DNA from: Octopus sinensis
Taxonomy: Eukaryota
Direction: 5' to 3'
DNA length: 64,000 nucleotides
NCBI RefSeq assembly: GCF_006345805.1
Contig: NC_043014.1
Location: forward strand, 15,748,001-15,812,000
Position numbers and translations under genes: made by a program
The notes under the pieces: model-generated
Database searches by the model: none
Seen by the model: only the letters and a program-made list of their open reading frames with translations
Told to the model about the DNA's origin: nothing
Shown here: piece after piece, positions 27,966-40,788 of the stretch
How the letters are laid out: each line of letters starts with the position of its first letter
How positions within the stretch are numbered: position 1 is the stretch's first letter

Positions 27966-27982
27966 CATTTTAATAGCCAGAA

Positions 27983-28222
27983 AGGTGGAGGTTTATGGCT
28001 TAGTGGTTAGGGTGTTGGACTCATGATTGTGAGATTGTGGCTTCAGTTCCTAGACCAGGGGATGTGTTGTGTTCTAGAGCAAAACACTTCATTCCACATT
28101 GCTACTAAGTAAAGGCTTAGTGGTTAAATCCCACTGTGTGTCACTTTGGGGACTACTATCCTCTACTAAAGCCACAGACTGACCAACTTGGATTTGGCGG
28201 ATGGAAACTGAGAGAAGCTCTT

Positions 28223-28278
<56 letters not shown>

Positions 28279-28930
28279 CATGTGTGTGTGTGTGTCTCCT
28301 TGCTTTGACTGATTGATAATTGTAAACAAGTGTCGCCATCATGCAAGCAGTGTCCTTTGCTTCCAATCTTCCCTGGTCATGGGAAAACATTATCTTACCT
28401 GAAATCAGGTGAGGGTTGGCAACAGGAAGAGCACCTAGTTACAGAAAAATCCACCTCAACAAATTCCATCCTACCTATGCAAGAATGGGAAAGTAGATAT
28501 TAAATGATGATGAAGATGATGAGGTGGTGATGATGATGATGATGACAACAATGATGAAGACTATATAATTTTTTGAACTGTGAAGATATTTTAAATATCT
28601 TTATCCTTATCTTCCAGTTGTTTCAGTCATTAGACTGCGACCATACTGGGGCACCGCCTTGAATTTTTAGTCAAATGAATTGTTCCCAGTATATATATTT
28701 TTCTAAACCTGGTATTTAAAAGGCGGTGAGCTGGCTGAATTATTAGCACATCAGGTAAAATGCATTCTGGCATTTCATCCATCTTTACGTTCTGTGTTCA
28801 AGTTCTGCTGAGGTCGACTTTGTCTTTCGTCCTTTCAGGATCAAAAAATTAAATACCAGTGGAGGCACTTGGGGTGCTGGAACTGACATTACAGCCACCC
28901 CTGAAATTTCTGGCCTTGTGCCGAAAATTC
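27983..28930. mobile_element. Chimeric SINE cluster (D head, A body, RTE-like tail, A tail -, B +)
   Basis: Successive family motifs. Confidence 0.6.
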
Positions 28931-29312
28931 AATCTTCCATTGACTTGATAACTTTGAATTGGCACGGCAGCTTCTACATGGTTGTTCAATCTGCTTGAAG
29001 TAGCAACCAAATCACAATCTACTGTCTTAAAGAAAGAACACATTGGACAAATATATATAAGATGAACATCATCACCATTTCCATGTCCACTTTTACATGC
29101 TTTCATCGGTTGGAGAAAATTGGTGGAGGTGGATTTTCTACAGCCAGATCCCCTTCGTGTAGCCAACCCTCGCCTGGTTCTAAGCAAGGTAATATTTCCC
29201 ATGACCTGACATATTTTCCACAGAAGACTAGAAAGGAACAACCTCACTTGTATGACAGTGATACTCATTTACAATCACCAAGTGATGTCAAGGCAACAGT
29301 ACACATACACAC

Positions 29313-29480
29313 GTGATGGGCTTCTTTCAGTTTCCGTGTACCAAATCCACTCACAAAGCATTGGTCAGCCCAGAGCTATAGTAAAAGACTCATGCCTAAA
29401 GTGTCACACAGTGGGACTCAACCCAAGACCACATAGTTGAGAAGCAAGTTTCTTAACCACACAGTCACAACCACACCTGC
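29313..29480 (-). mobile_element. SINE family A head
   Basis: Family A motifs reversed. Confidence 0.7.
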
Positions 29481-29530
29481 ATATAGGTGTTCCATTAGAT
29501 ATGTTGTTTGAACCTGCTGTATCTTGGTTA

Positions 29531-29895
29531 GCAGGACATCCTCTTCTTTATGCATGCACCCCCGTGGACATGTTTATAAAGTCAGAAAACAGCACAGCTC
29601 CCAGGACTTTCGGAAACATTTTTCCACGCTAAGAGTTACTGAAGTATGGAACAAATTGCCAGCATCAGTTGTTAGTTGTCGGAGCATTGCATCCTTCAAA
29701 ACTTCCATGCTTCCTGAGATTCGCCAACACTACTACACCTGATTTTCTCTCCTCCATACACACGCAAGCATGTATCTGACTCATACACTGTTCACTTTCC
29801 AGACATTTGTACATTACTGCATATGCTTTATACGCACTTTTGACAAGCTGTGGTGCACCTGAGCACTGTATACAATAATTTCATTATTATTATAT
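29531..29895 (+). mobile_element. CR1/L2-group LINE 3' end
   Basis: PRGHVYKVRKQHSSQDFRKHFSTLRVTEVWNKLPASVVSCRSIASFK (typical ORF2 C-terminus), 3' UTR and (ATT)n tail. Confidence 0.8.
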
Positions 29896-31049
29896 TATAA
29901 ACTGCACTGATTGATGCAACACTATTAGATGCCTAAAATCTTGCCCATAATAGACAGTTGCAGGATGAGTTGAAACGATCATCATACTGAATAATGATTA
30001 GTGCTGACTCTACCTTCTGTTTCCTTCATCAATTATTATTACATATATACATAACAGTATTTGGTCTGTCTTTACATTCTGAGTTCAAAAGTAATATGAC
30101 ACTAAAAGAGAATGACTCTCCCCAGACACAATAATATATATATATATATAATCAAAATAAGCAACAAGGATATCCAGAGGTAATGCAGTATGATCATTTC
30201 ATGCAACTCCATTTAATTGAACAATGCAAACATTACATCAATTTAAAATGTAGAACAATCTTCAGTTGCACAAAGACATAGTACTTAATTAAATTAGAAC
30301 AGATGGACACATTAGTATAATTGTACCTAAAATCTCCAAGAAGTTAAGGACAAAGGACATACCTACAACAACATAGCCCTAACTAAAAATTTTCAAGAAG
30401 ACACTGCCTGTCACTGATTTTTTTGTTTTTTTATGGGGTCATTTTTAATTTATAGACTAGTTTATCAAATCCCTTATATATTTAAGGCTGAGAGAAACAG
30501 AGGGAAGTATCTGTTTAGGGTAGGGTTGAGGGAATAGACAGACATTCTAGATGGTATAGTCATAAAAATCAAGATTTATTTGAAGCAATGTCATGAGGTT
30601 TAGTAAGGGAAAACTTAAAACAAGATGTTAGCTGATAATTAAGGGGTACCCACAAGCAAACTATTGATAATGCATTGGTAATATTTTGATTTTAATCACC
30701 TTATTTTGCAATTGTATGGATGATACTGTATTAAATTCTGGTACCTCAACTTAAGTACCATATTCATCTGAATCTATATATATAAGTATATATAAGAGAG
30801 AGAATAATCATGCATACAAGAGAGAAGCACACACAAAAATCTATGACTACCCATACACTTCATATAAACTCATGTAGTCGGTTACCATTATTGATATTCG
30901 TGTAGGATAAAAGTAGATTTCCAAACACAGGTTGAAATAAAAATTTTTTTTTTTAATCGTCCAAAACTGAATGAATCAATTACTGGGTTTAATAATAGTA
31001 AAAATAATGTTGTAATAATAGATATTGCGATCAGTGAGATGGGGGGATG

Positions 31050-31117
31050 GGGGTCATGTAGTGGGAGTGAAGTGGATTGGTGGGGTGGCTGAGATAATGA
31101 ATGCTAACAGCAGCAGC

Positions 31118-31149
<32 letters not shown>

Positions 31150-32470
31150 AATGGGAAATGGTGATTGTGTTGGTGGTGGTGGTGGTAGTGGTGGTGATGG
31201 TAGTGGTGACATTAGTAGTAGTAGTAGTAATGGTGGTGGTGGCAGTAATAGTAATTGTGGAGGTGATAGTAGTACTGGCAGTGGTGGTAGTAGTAATGGT
31301 TGTTGGGGTGGCAGTGGTAGTAGTGGTGGTGGTGGTGATGATGTTGGTGGTATTGGTAATAACATTGGTGCAGGTTTATAACAGTGAAGTTGTGGTGGTG
31401 GTGGTGGTGGTGGTGGTAATGATGGTGATGTAATGTAAATGGTGGTGCTAGCTTCATAGTGGTGGGGAAGAGGAATCCATGATGGTGGTGGCAGCAGCAG
31501 ATGTGGTGGTGGTTTGGATGATGATAATTCAGAGCAGCAAAGTAGTGGTAACCAATTATGCTGGTGGTGGTGATGGTGGAGGTTGTAGCTAAGAGTAGTG
31601 AATTAATGGCAATTGATAGTGGTGGTGGTGGTGGTTATGGTGGTGATGGTTGTGATAATTGTGGTTGTGGTGGTAGTTATGGTGATGGAGGTTGCAATGG
31701 TTGTGGTTGTGGTGGTGGTTGTGGTTGTGGTGGTGGTTGTGGTTGTGGTGGTGGTTGTGGTTGTGGTGGTGGTGGTGGTGGCTGTTTCGGTGGTGGTGGT
31801 GACTGTTGTGGTGGTGATGGTGGTGGCTGTTGTGGTGCTGGTTGTGGTGCTAGTAGTGGTGGTGATGGTGGTGGTGGTGGTGGTGGTGGTGGTGGTGGTT
31901 GTGGTGATGGTGGTGATGCTGATGGTGGTGGTAGTGGTGGTGGTGGTTGTGGTGATGGTGGTGGTAGCATTTCTGTTGGTAACAGCATTGTTGTTATTGT
32001 TCTGGTACTGATGGTGGTAGTAGTAGTGGTGGTGGTGTTGGTAGCAGTGATGGTACCAATGATAGTAGTAGTGATGGTGGTGGTGGTGGTTATAATGGCA
32101 GTGTACAGGATCCCTTACTAACACGTAAAAGGTTGTAGTTTAAACCCAGGTAAGCCCTGATTGAACATACAGACCTATGATCAAAAGCATTCCATCCATG
32201 ACCAACCAGCTTATTTTTTGTTTTCATTTTTGCTTATATGAAGAACGACAAATATATGATGGTGGTCCAGATGATGACTGTGGTGGTGGTGGCGGCGATG
32301 GTGACAGTAGTGGTGGTGGCAGTGGTGATGGTGGAAGTGGTGGTGGTGGCAGTGGTGGTGGTGGCAGTGGTGGTGGTGGCAGTGGTGGTGGTGGTGGCAG
32401 CGGTGGTGACAGTGGTGGTGGTAGCAGTGGTGGTGGTGATGGTAGCAGTGGTAGTGGTGGTGGTGTTTCT
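31050..32470. repeat. Compound (GGT/GTA/GAT)n region with 18-bp GGTGGTGGTTGTGGTTGT and 15-bp GGTGGTGGTGGCAGT minisatellites
   Basis: Read directly. Confidence 0.9.
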
Positions 32471-32968
32471 TAGAACAGTGACACAGCACTAGTATTGGTA
32501 GAAATGGTGGTGGTGCAGGGGCAGCTGCAGTAACAAGGATGCACTAATGCTAGTTACAGTCATGGTGATACCAATAATAATTCTTCCCAAATTTTTGGCA
32601 CAAGGCTAGCAATTTTGAAGGGAGGGGCAAGTCAGATATCAACCCTCTCCCTACCACCACCACCACCACCAGAACTGACTGGTACTTACTTATTATCGAC
32701 CCCTGAAAGGATGAAAGACAAAGTCAGCCTCCACAGATTACTGACAGTTGCACTAGCAGAATAAGCAGTGGTGGTGATGGTGATGGTGGTGGTAATTCCA
32801 AAGACAAAAGGCAAAGTTAATCCTGCAAGAACCAACTTTACCTTTCGCTCCTTCAAGGTCAATATAATAAGGTATCAGTTAAGTACTAGGGGTTAGTGAT
32901 ATTGACTGATGCCCCAACGCTTGAAAACTGCTGGCCTTGTGCCTAAATTAGAAATAATTATAATTATT

Positions 32969-33470
32969 CAGTTCTATATTTCAGAGATGAGGAATTATGT
33001 ACATTATTTACCTTATTTACATTTGATGGATATTTGTCCTCATCTTGGACTGATATAACCTCCAGCCTTCATCGGGTGTCTTGGAGAAATTTCGAACCTG
33101 GGTTTTCATTCCTAAGGTATTTTTCGATGTTTTATTATTATTATTATTATATTATTATTATTATTATTATTATTATATTATCATTATTACTATTATTATT
33201 ATTAGTAGTATTCAGGTCACTGCCTGGAATCGAACTTGGAATCTTGGGGTTAGTAGCCCACGCTCTTAACCACTACGCCATATGTCCAGGCATATGGCAC
33301 AGTCGTTAAGAGCGCGAACATCAAAAAATACCTTCAGAATGAGAACCCAGGTTCGAAATTTTCCCAAGACACCTGATGATGGCTGGAGGTTATATCAGCT
33401 GAAACATTGTATTAACAACAAACAAGATGAGGACAAATATCCGTCAAATGTAAATAATGTAAATAATGTA
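32969..33470. mobile_element. Head-to-head inverted pair of the tRNA-headed hammerhead element
   Basis: Minus copy 32969-33287 and plus copy 33289-33470 meet at GCCATATGTCCAGGCATATGGC. Confidence 0.8.
33368..33413 (+). ncRNA. Degenerate minimal hammerhead motif
   Basis: GACAC CTGATGA T GGCTG [10 nt] CAGCT GAA ACAT T GTATT; differences from the 10152 copy look like CpG decay. Confidence 0.55.
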
Positions 33471-33487
33471 TCATTATCATTATATTA

Positions 33488-33520
<33 letters not shown>

Positions 33521-33534
33521 CATCATTATTTTAA

Positions 33535-33885
33535 GGCAGAATTGTTAGCATGCCAAGTGAAATGCCTAGCAGTATTTCATCTGCTGCTACATTCTGGGTT
33601 CAAATTCAACCAAGATCGACTTTGCCTTTCATCCTTCTGGGATTGATAAGTTAAGCACCAGTGAAATACTGGGGTCGATGTAATTTCAGGCCTTGTACCT
33701 GTAGTAGAATAGAAATGATTATCATTAATTATCCGGAGTGGTTGGCGTTAGGAAGGGCATCCAGCCGTAGAAACACTGCCAGATCTGACTGGGCCTGATG
33801 AAGCCTTCAAGCTTCACAGACCTCAGATGAACCGTCCAACCCATGCTAGCATAGAAAACAGACACTAAATGATGATGATGATGAT
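33535..33885 (+). mobile_element. Family B SINE followed by an RTE-type tail
   Basis: Family motifs; GGAGTGGTTGGCGTTAGGAAGGGCATCCAGC...(GAT)n. Confidence 0.7.
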
Positions 33886-33898
33886 GATTATTATTACT

Positions 33899-34164
33899 AG
33901 TCAAAACGAAGTGCGCGATTCGATTGTAAGATATTTTATTAGTTGAATGATATTTCAACAGTACGTGTCTTTGTCAAGTTCAAAATAAGAAGTGATAGAA
34001 ATTCAAAATTACAGAAATTTAAACGTTTAAATTTATGTTTAAATTTCTGTAATTTTGAATTTTTATCACTTCTTATTCTGAACTTGACAAAGACAGACGT
34101 ACTGTTGAAATATCGTTCAACTAATAAAATATCTTATAATCAAATCACACTCTTCGTCTTGACT
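33899..34164. repeat. 266-bp near-perfect palindrome (foldback/MITE-like)
   Basis: Arms of about 127 bp, by eye roughly 90 percent complementary, around a 12-bp spacer. Confidence 0.9.
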
Positions 34165-34206
34165 GTTTCCCTTTGTGAAGAGTTATGTCAATTCTTTTTT
34201 AAAATA

Positions 34207-34545
34207 TTATTATTATTATTATTATTATTATTGCCTTTACACAGCTTCTATTGCTGGAGATGTACTACAGTGTCAGCTATTCACTACCAGTGAACTAATG
34301 TAACACCTCTTATTTTTTGAGCACTTTCCGAAGTATTCGAGCGGTTCCAAGCAGTGCTGTTTTCTGCAAGTGCTCCACCCTTATTGCAGCCCTATTTGTT
34401 CCACATACTTCTTGAGATTTTTGCTCACTGTTCTCCAGGGCCCTGACAATTATTGATACTACTGCTACCTTTTTCATCGACCACAACTGCTGAACTTCCC
34501 AAGATAACCTGTCATATCTCTCAACTATTCATTTTCATATCTCTC
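34207..34545 (-). mobile_element. R4/Dong-type restriction-like-endonuclease LINE 3' end
   Basis: RYDRLSWEVQQLWSMKKVAVVSIIV...VEHLQKTALLGTARILRKVL* with frameshifts; (TAA)n tail. Confidence 0.75.
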
Positions 34546-34574
34546 TCTATCATTATTATTATTATTATTATTAT

Positions 34575-35280
34575 TTTCATTAAGGTGGCGAGCTGGCAGA
34601 ATCATTAGCATGCTGGGAAAAATGCTTAGTGGCATTTCATCCATACTCTTTTATTTGTTTCAGTCATTTGACTGTGGCCATGCTGGAGCATTGCCTTTAA
34701 TCGAAAAATCGACCCCAGGACTTATTCTTTGTAAGCCTAGTACTCATTCTATTGGTCTCTTTTGCCAAACTGCTAAGTTACGGGGACGTAAACACACCAG
34801 CATCACTTGTCTAGCGATGTTGGGGGAATAAAAACAGACATACAAACACACACATATATATACACATACATATATACGATGGGCTTCTTTCAGTTTCCAT
34901 CTACCAAATCCACTCACAACGCTTTGGTCGGCCAGAGGCTATAGTAGAAGACACTTGCCCAAGGTGACACACATTGGGACTGAATCCAGAACCATGTGGT
35001 TGGTAAGCAACCTACTTACCACACAGCCACTCCTGCACCTATATAAAATGAAAGGCAAAGCTGACTTTAGTGGAATTTGAACTCAGAACATAAGACAGCT
35101 GAAATGTCAATAAGAATTCTGCCCAGCATGCTAATGATTCTGCCAGCTCGCTACATTCCCAGTTCAAATTCTGCCAAGGTCAACTTTGCCTTTCATCCTT
35201 TTGGGAGTCTATAAAATAAATGAAATTGTCTTGTCCCCTTGCCCTGAAATTGCTGGCCTACTGCCAAAATTTGAATCCAT
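34575..35280. mobile_element. SINE cluster: B head, A(-) 34645-35040, inverted B pieces 35046-35280
   Basis: Family motifs. Confidence 0.8.
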
Positions 35281-35971
35281 CATCATCATCACCATCATCA
35301 CCATCATCACCACCACCACCACTACCACCACGGAGGTGGTGGTTGTAGTAGTAGTAGTAGTAGTGTAGTAGTAGTAGTGGTGGTGGTTGGTGTGGTGGTG
35401 GTGATAGTAGTAGCACCAATGGTAGCAGTAGCCACAGTAGCAGCAGTATCAATAACAGTGGTGATGATGGTGGCGGTGGTAGTGGTGGTGGTGGCGGTGG
35501 TGGTGGTGATAGTGGAAGGGTTGCTGAGCCAGCAAGCAGACATGGTAAAAGGTGTGGGTGATGGCTGAGGTACAACTGGCAGTGAGATGAGAGATGAGGG
35601 AACTTCTATTAGGTGTGGGTAGATGGGGGTGGTGATGATACGAGGAGGGGAAGGGGAGAAGAGGGAGGAGGAGAGAGAGGAGAAAGAAGGGTGTTCTGAC
35701 ATGAATGAGAAGGCAAACTAAAGATTCCACAGTCAGAAGCAAAAGAAAGAATCGACATGGCAGGTAGTTTGACAAGGTGAGACATTGAGAGAGTTTAAGT
35801 AATAACAAGAAGGGGGGGGGCAGTGATGTAAAGATAAGTGGAGAGCAAGGAGGGGAGAGAAATAGAAACAGAGAGATAGAGACACAAAGATAAATAGATA
35901 GATATGTAATGTGTGTATTCATGTATGTGTGTGCGTGTGTATATATATATATATATATTTATATATGTATG

Positions 35972-36011
<40 letters not shown>

Positions 36012-36033
36012 CTATGGTATGTATGTATGTATG

Positions 36034-36120
<87 letters not shown>

Positions 36121-36140
36121 ATATATATGCATATATATAT
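35280..36140. repeat. (CAT/CAC/GTA/GGT)n, purine-rich stretch and (TA)n
   Basis: Read directly. Confidence 0.85.
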
Positions 36141-36633
36141 CATCATCATGTTTAAACGTTTGCCTTCCATGTTGTCATGGGTTGGATGGTTTGATAGGAG
36201 CTAGCCAGGTAAGAGCCTGCACCTGACTTCCATATCTGTTTTGGGCAGGGTTTTACTCTTTTACTTGTTTCAGTTATTTGACTGTGGCCATGCTGGAGTA
36301 CCGTCTTTAATCGAGCAAATTGACTGCAGGACTTATTCTTTGTAAGCCTAGTACCTATTCTATCGTTCTCTTTTGCTGAACTGCTAAGTTACGAGGACAT
36401 AAACACACCAACATCGGTTGTCAAGCGATGTTGGGGGGACAAACACAGACACACAAACATACACACACACACACACACACATATATACGATGGGTTTCTT
36501 TGAGTTTCTGTCTACCAAATTCACTCACAAGTCTTTGGTTGGCTCGAGGCTATAGTAGAAGATACTTGCCCAAGGTGCCACGCAGTGGAACTGAACCCGG
36601 AACCAAGCTACTTACCACACAGCCACTCCTACG

Positions 36634-36635
<2 letters not shown>
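36140..36635 (-). mobile_element. RTE-type tail fragment plus family A SINE
   Basis: Family motifs. Confidence 0.8.
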
Positions 36636-36675
<40 letters not shown>

Positions 36676-36959
36676 TATATATATATATATATATAATACA
36701 TAATAAAAGATATGACTAGTTTTTGTCAAGGTCACTGAAACTAATAGGCATGTACTCTAAGTGCTCAAATAGGTATGCTGCAAAAGTTCCCAGTTTGAAC
36801 TGCAGTTGAAGATGTGATTTCATGACTTCCCATTCTAAAGCGGCTAGAAGTGGGTTTCTCTTGAGTTGGTAGATATAGGTTAAAGTAGAAAAGAAAAGGA
36901 AAACAGTTTGCCAAGCCTTGACAAGGATATTTAATTTAGCTATTGCTAAATTAAATATA

Positions 36960-37231
36960 TATATGCACATTCACACACACATACACACACACACACATAT
37001 ATATATATACACACATATATACATACACATACATGTATATATACACATACATATACGCATAGATATATATATATACATATACACTTATATATATATACAC
37101 ACATACATATATACATGCACACATACATATATATACACATACACACACACATATATACACACACATTCATACATATATATACACATATATACACACATAT
37201 ATACACATGCATATATACATATATGCAATAT

Positions 37232-37309
<78 letters not shown>

Positions 37310-37400
37310 CCATACATACATACATACATACATACATACATACATACATACATGTACATACACACACATATAGTGTTTATATATACATATACACATATTC
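36960..37400. repeat. Degenerate (CA/TA), (GATA)n, (CATA)n
   Basis: Read directly. Confidence 0.9.
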
Positions 37401-37639
37401 ATAAAGAATAAAAAACATATATAAATGGATCTTTTCCCTCAGCTCCAATGATGAGACTTCTAGTTGTTCAATCAGCTCAATTCAACTCAGTCACCTTCCA
37501 ACTCAATGTAAAAGTGATATGGTATTCCATGAATACAGATGTACCCTCAAAATAATCCTGAAATAAAATATCAACATGACACAGGGTGTAACACAGCTGG
37601 CCCTTTAAATTACATGTACAATCAATCTTTTAGGCTTCC

Positions 37640-38103
37640 ACATAGTTTCCTTCTTCTATTCAGCTCATTCACAAAGCTGAACCTGAAGCTGCAGTTAAAG
37701 ATGCTTGTTCAAGATATGATGCACATCTTGGGTGAGGATGTATTTGTGGCAGGATCTGACAGCCACATGCTCTTCTAGTTGCCACCTTTTGAAGGAGGGA
37801 CTTTTTTTTATATTCCCCAAGTATTTGAAAGTACAGAACAACCAGTCATAATGTCAGAAAAGAATGTAAACATAACACTGTTTTGCTCAAGCAAAGCCAT
37901 GGATGTCAACATTCATGCACTTTCACGCATATGCACAAACACTTCAGTCAATAATCATCTGCAGAAGAAACAGCCCCAATACTTTACAGTATTCATCAGA
38001 GCCACAGAATATAACACAGGTAACCTTCAAATTAAGGAGACTATCTTAATTAATAAGGTGAAACCAGCATTAAACAACAGACAAGAACTACACAAAGTAG
38101 ACT
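37640..38103 (+). pseudogene. Degenerate Penelope-like element C-terminus (GIY-YIG region)
   Basis: ...NNHLQKK...LQIKETILINKVKPALNNR* resembles the PLE endonuclease tail; upstream frames broken. Confidence 0.5.
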
Positions 38104-38104
38104 G

Positions 38105-38340
38105 AATACTATGACAACACCAAAGTTGGTTTCTAGGTTTCCCTGGTGTGCATATCCCTCCCTTGACAGGGTGCTGGTCCATCACAGGATTACATATTTT
38201 TTTCAGCTGAGTGAACTGGAAAGATGTGAATTGAAGTGTTTTGCTCAAGAACACAATACATCACTAGTTCCAGGAATTGAAACCACAATCTTACTACCTG
38301 GAGTTCAACACCCTAACCACTAAGCCATCTACCTCCACAT
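38105..38340 (-). mobile_element. SINE family D
   Basis: Reverse complement of the 11079-type element. Confidence 0.75.
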
Positions 38341-38409
38341 ATAGTATTAGACTAGATTATAAATAACTAAGTTTATTTAAATTAGTAGCAAAACAGGCAA
38401 GATGCATGA

Positions 38410-39103
38410 TTTTGTGTGTGTGTGTGTGTAATTGTGAGTGTGCGCATGTATATAGATGTGTATGTGTGTTCAAGTATGCATGTGTATGTGCATGTGTGTG
38501 TAATGTATGTGTAGATATATTCATTCTTGTGTAGATGTGATTTTCCGTGTAAATATGTATGCGTGTGTGTGTGTCGTTTCTATATGTCATTGTATTTAGT
38601 TCTATATATTTGTGTGAGTGGATGTGCATATGTCACAAGAAGTGTGTGCGTGTGTGTATGCATGTGTATGTGTGTGCATGAGTGTGAGAGAGTTGATGGA
38701 GAGTGTGTGTATATATGGCAGTAATGTATGTGTGTGTGTGTGTACATGTATAAAGTATGAATGTGTGTGTAAGCAATGTGTGAATAAGGATGTGATTATG
38801 TGTATGCAGTTGTGTCTTTGTATGCATACGATGGTGCATATATACACATGTAGTAGTGTGTATGCAATTTTATATACCCGTAATCATGTGTTTGTGTGTA
38901 AATAATTGTGCATATATATCTGGGTGCACATTTATGTGGTAGTGTGTATGCAACTATGTGTGTATGTATTTATGGCTGCGTGTATGTGATTGTATGTGTA
39001 TATGAATAAGTGTGTCTGTGCATATGTGACAATGTTTGAGTGTGTATGTACATATCTGAATATATGTATGTATGTGTGTGTGTGTTGTGTTTGTGTGTGT
39101 GTG

Positions 39104-39181
<78 letters not shown>

Positions 39182-39200
39182 CATGCGTGCGTGTGTCATT
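38410..39200. repeat. Degenerate (TG)n/(TATG)n tract
   Basis: Read directly. Confidence 0.9.
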
Positions 39201-39228
39201 GTTAGTTTACTACAGCAATGACAATTAC

Positions 39229-39243
39229 CTGAAATGTTCAAGT
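39229..39243 (-). CDS. Candidate 15-nt microexon ACTTGAACATTTCAG
   Basis: Minus strand CTAATTTGTTTGGTTATTTTCAG|exon|GTAATT; frame-preserving. Confidence 0.3.
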
Positions 39244-39499
39244 CTGAAAATAACCAAACAAATTAGATCAATCAATTGTCAACATTTTCATTGACGTCAA
39301 AGTAAAGAAAGACGACGGCAGATCAAATAAATAAATAAACAAATAAATGAATAAATAAAACGATTAAATAAATAGATTAAATAAATAAATAAAAGCACGT
39401 TGTGTTCGTGTGTATGTGTGTGTGTGTGTGGTTGGGATGGTGTTATTGATTAAGTCCTTCCAGTAGGGAGATCCTTTTCTTATATTCGTTATGGGTGAC

Positions 39500-40200
39500 G
39501 AAAATATAATTAATGCTAGCAGGCATTGGCTGTGTGGTTACGATGCAGTTTATTTTGCAGCCACATGGGTCCAAGGTTCAATCCCACTGCATGGTATCTT
39601 GGACACTTATGTAGTTTTAGGTTTGGTCAATATAGGTGCAAGCATAGCTCTAAGCACAGGCATGGCTGTGTGTTTATAAAGCTCACTTTGCAACTATGGG
39701 ATTTCAGGTTCAGTCCCACTGCACAGTACCATGGACAAGTCTCTCCTACTATAGCCACAAGCTAATCAATGCCTGGTGAACAAGTTTGGTATATGGAAAC
39801 TGTTGGAAAAATGTGATGTATGTGTGTGTGCATAAATGTGTGTGTGTGAGCAAGGTGACGAGCTGGTAGAATCGTTAGCATGCCAGGTGAAATGCTTAGT
39901 GGTATTTCATCTGTCTTTATGTTCTGAGTTCAAATTCTGCCGAGGCCGACTTTGCCTTTCATCCTTTCGGGGGCAATAAATTATGTACCAGTTGCATACT
40001 GGGGTCGATCTAATCGACCGACCCCCCCCCTCCCCCAAAATTTCAGGCCTTATACCTAGAGCAGAAAAAATGTGTGTGTGTGTGTGTGTTTATCCCCTCA
40101 CAGTTTGACAACTGGGGTTCATTTGTTCAACTAAACTCTTCAAGGTGGTGTTCCAGTATGGCCACAATCCAATGACTAAAGTGAAATATAAAAGGTACAA
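39500..40200 (+). mobile_element. Degenerate tandem family A heads, family B copy (39851-40065), A tail
   Basis: Family motifs. Confidence 0.7.
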
Positions 40201-40788
40201 TTGAGAATGTAAGCTGGTTAATGGAAACTGAGTAGAAACCGGTTGTATTTACAATATATTTTGGCTACAGTCTTGATGTTCAGGAAACTATATTACAGGG
40301 GTTGGCAACAAGGGTCTGAAGGAAATTCCAGAGCATGGCTGTAACCCATTAGTGCACCACTGAGTTTTCTCTTTGAGCTTTAGACCATTTCTAAAGATTT
40401 TTCATAAGCGTAGGCATGGCTGAGTGGTTAAGAAGTTGCATTTCAAACCACTTGGTTTTGGGTTCGGTCCCATTGCATACCATCCGGTGGAAGAGTCTTT
40501 TATTATAGCCCTAGGCTTACCAAAGCCTTGGGAGTTTATCTGCAACACTTTAGGCCTTTCGTCTTGTAAGTAACGAAGCAATCTTCGCTAATGGTGATAA
40601 AGAGGAGGACAGAAGAAACTCTTCGAGATCCTGCTGAAACAGAACCTGATATCCTGCAACATCAAGTGGACAAAATAGGAAGAACTTGGCACCAGACTAG
40701 TATGAAGTAGATAAGTTCATCAGGGAGCTGAACACTTTGAGAGTGGGAGAACTGAAGAAAGGTGAAGTAGATACTACAGAGTGCCATC

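Noticed and set aside
31025-32492. Gly/Cys-rich and (GGGGS)n ORFs resembling structural proteins
   Set aside because: All frames on both strands are open because the DNA is (GGT)n-derived; no splice or signal-peptide support, and similar tracts occur at 3.6, 14 and 35 kb.
36716-36970. 84-aa minus-strand ORF (LLAALEWEVMKSHLQ)
   Set aside because: No recognisable family and only a weak donor; cannot be supported.
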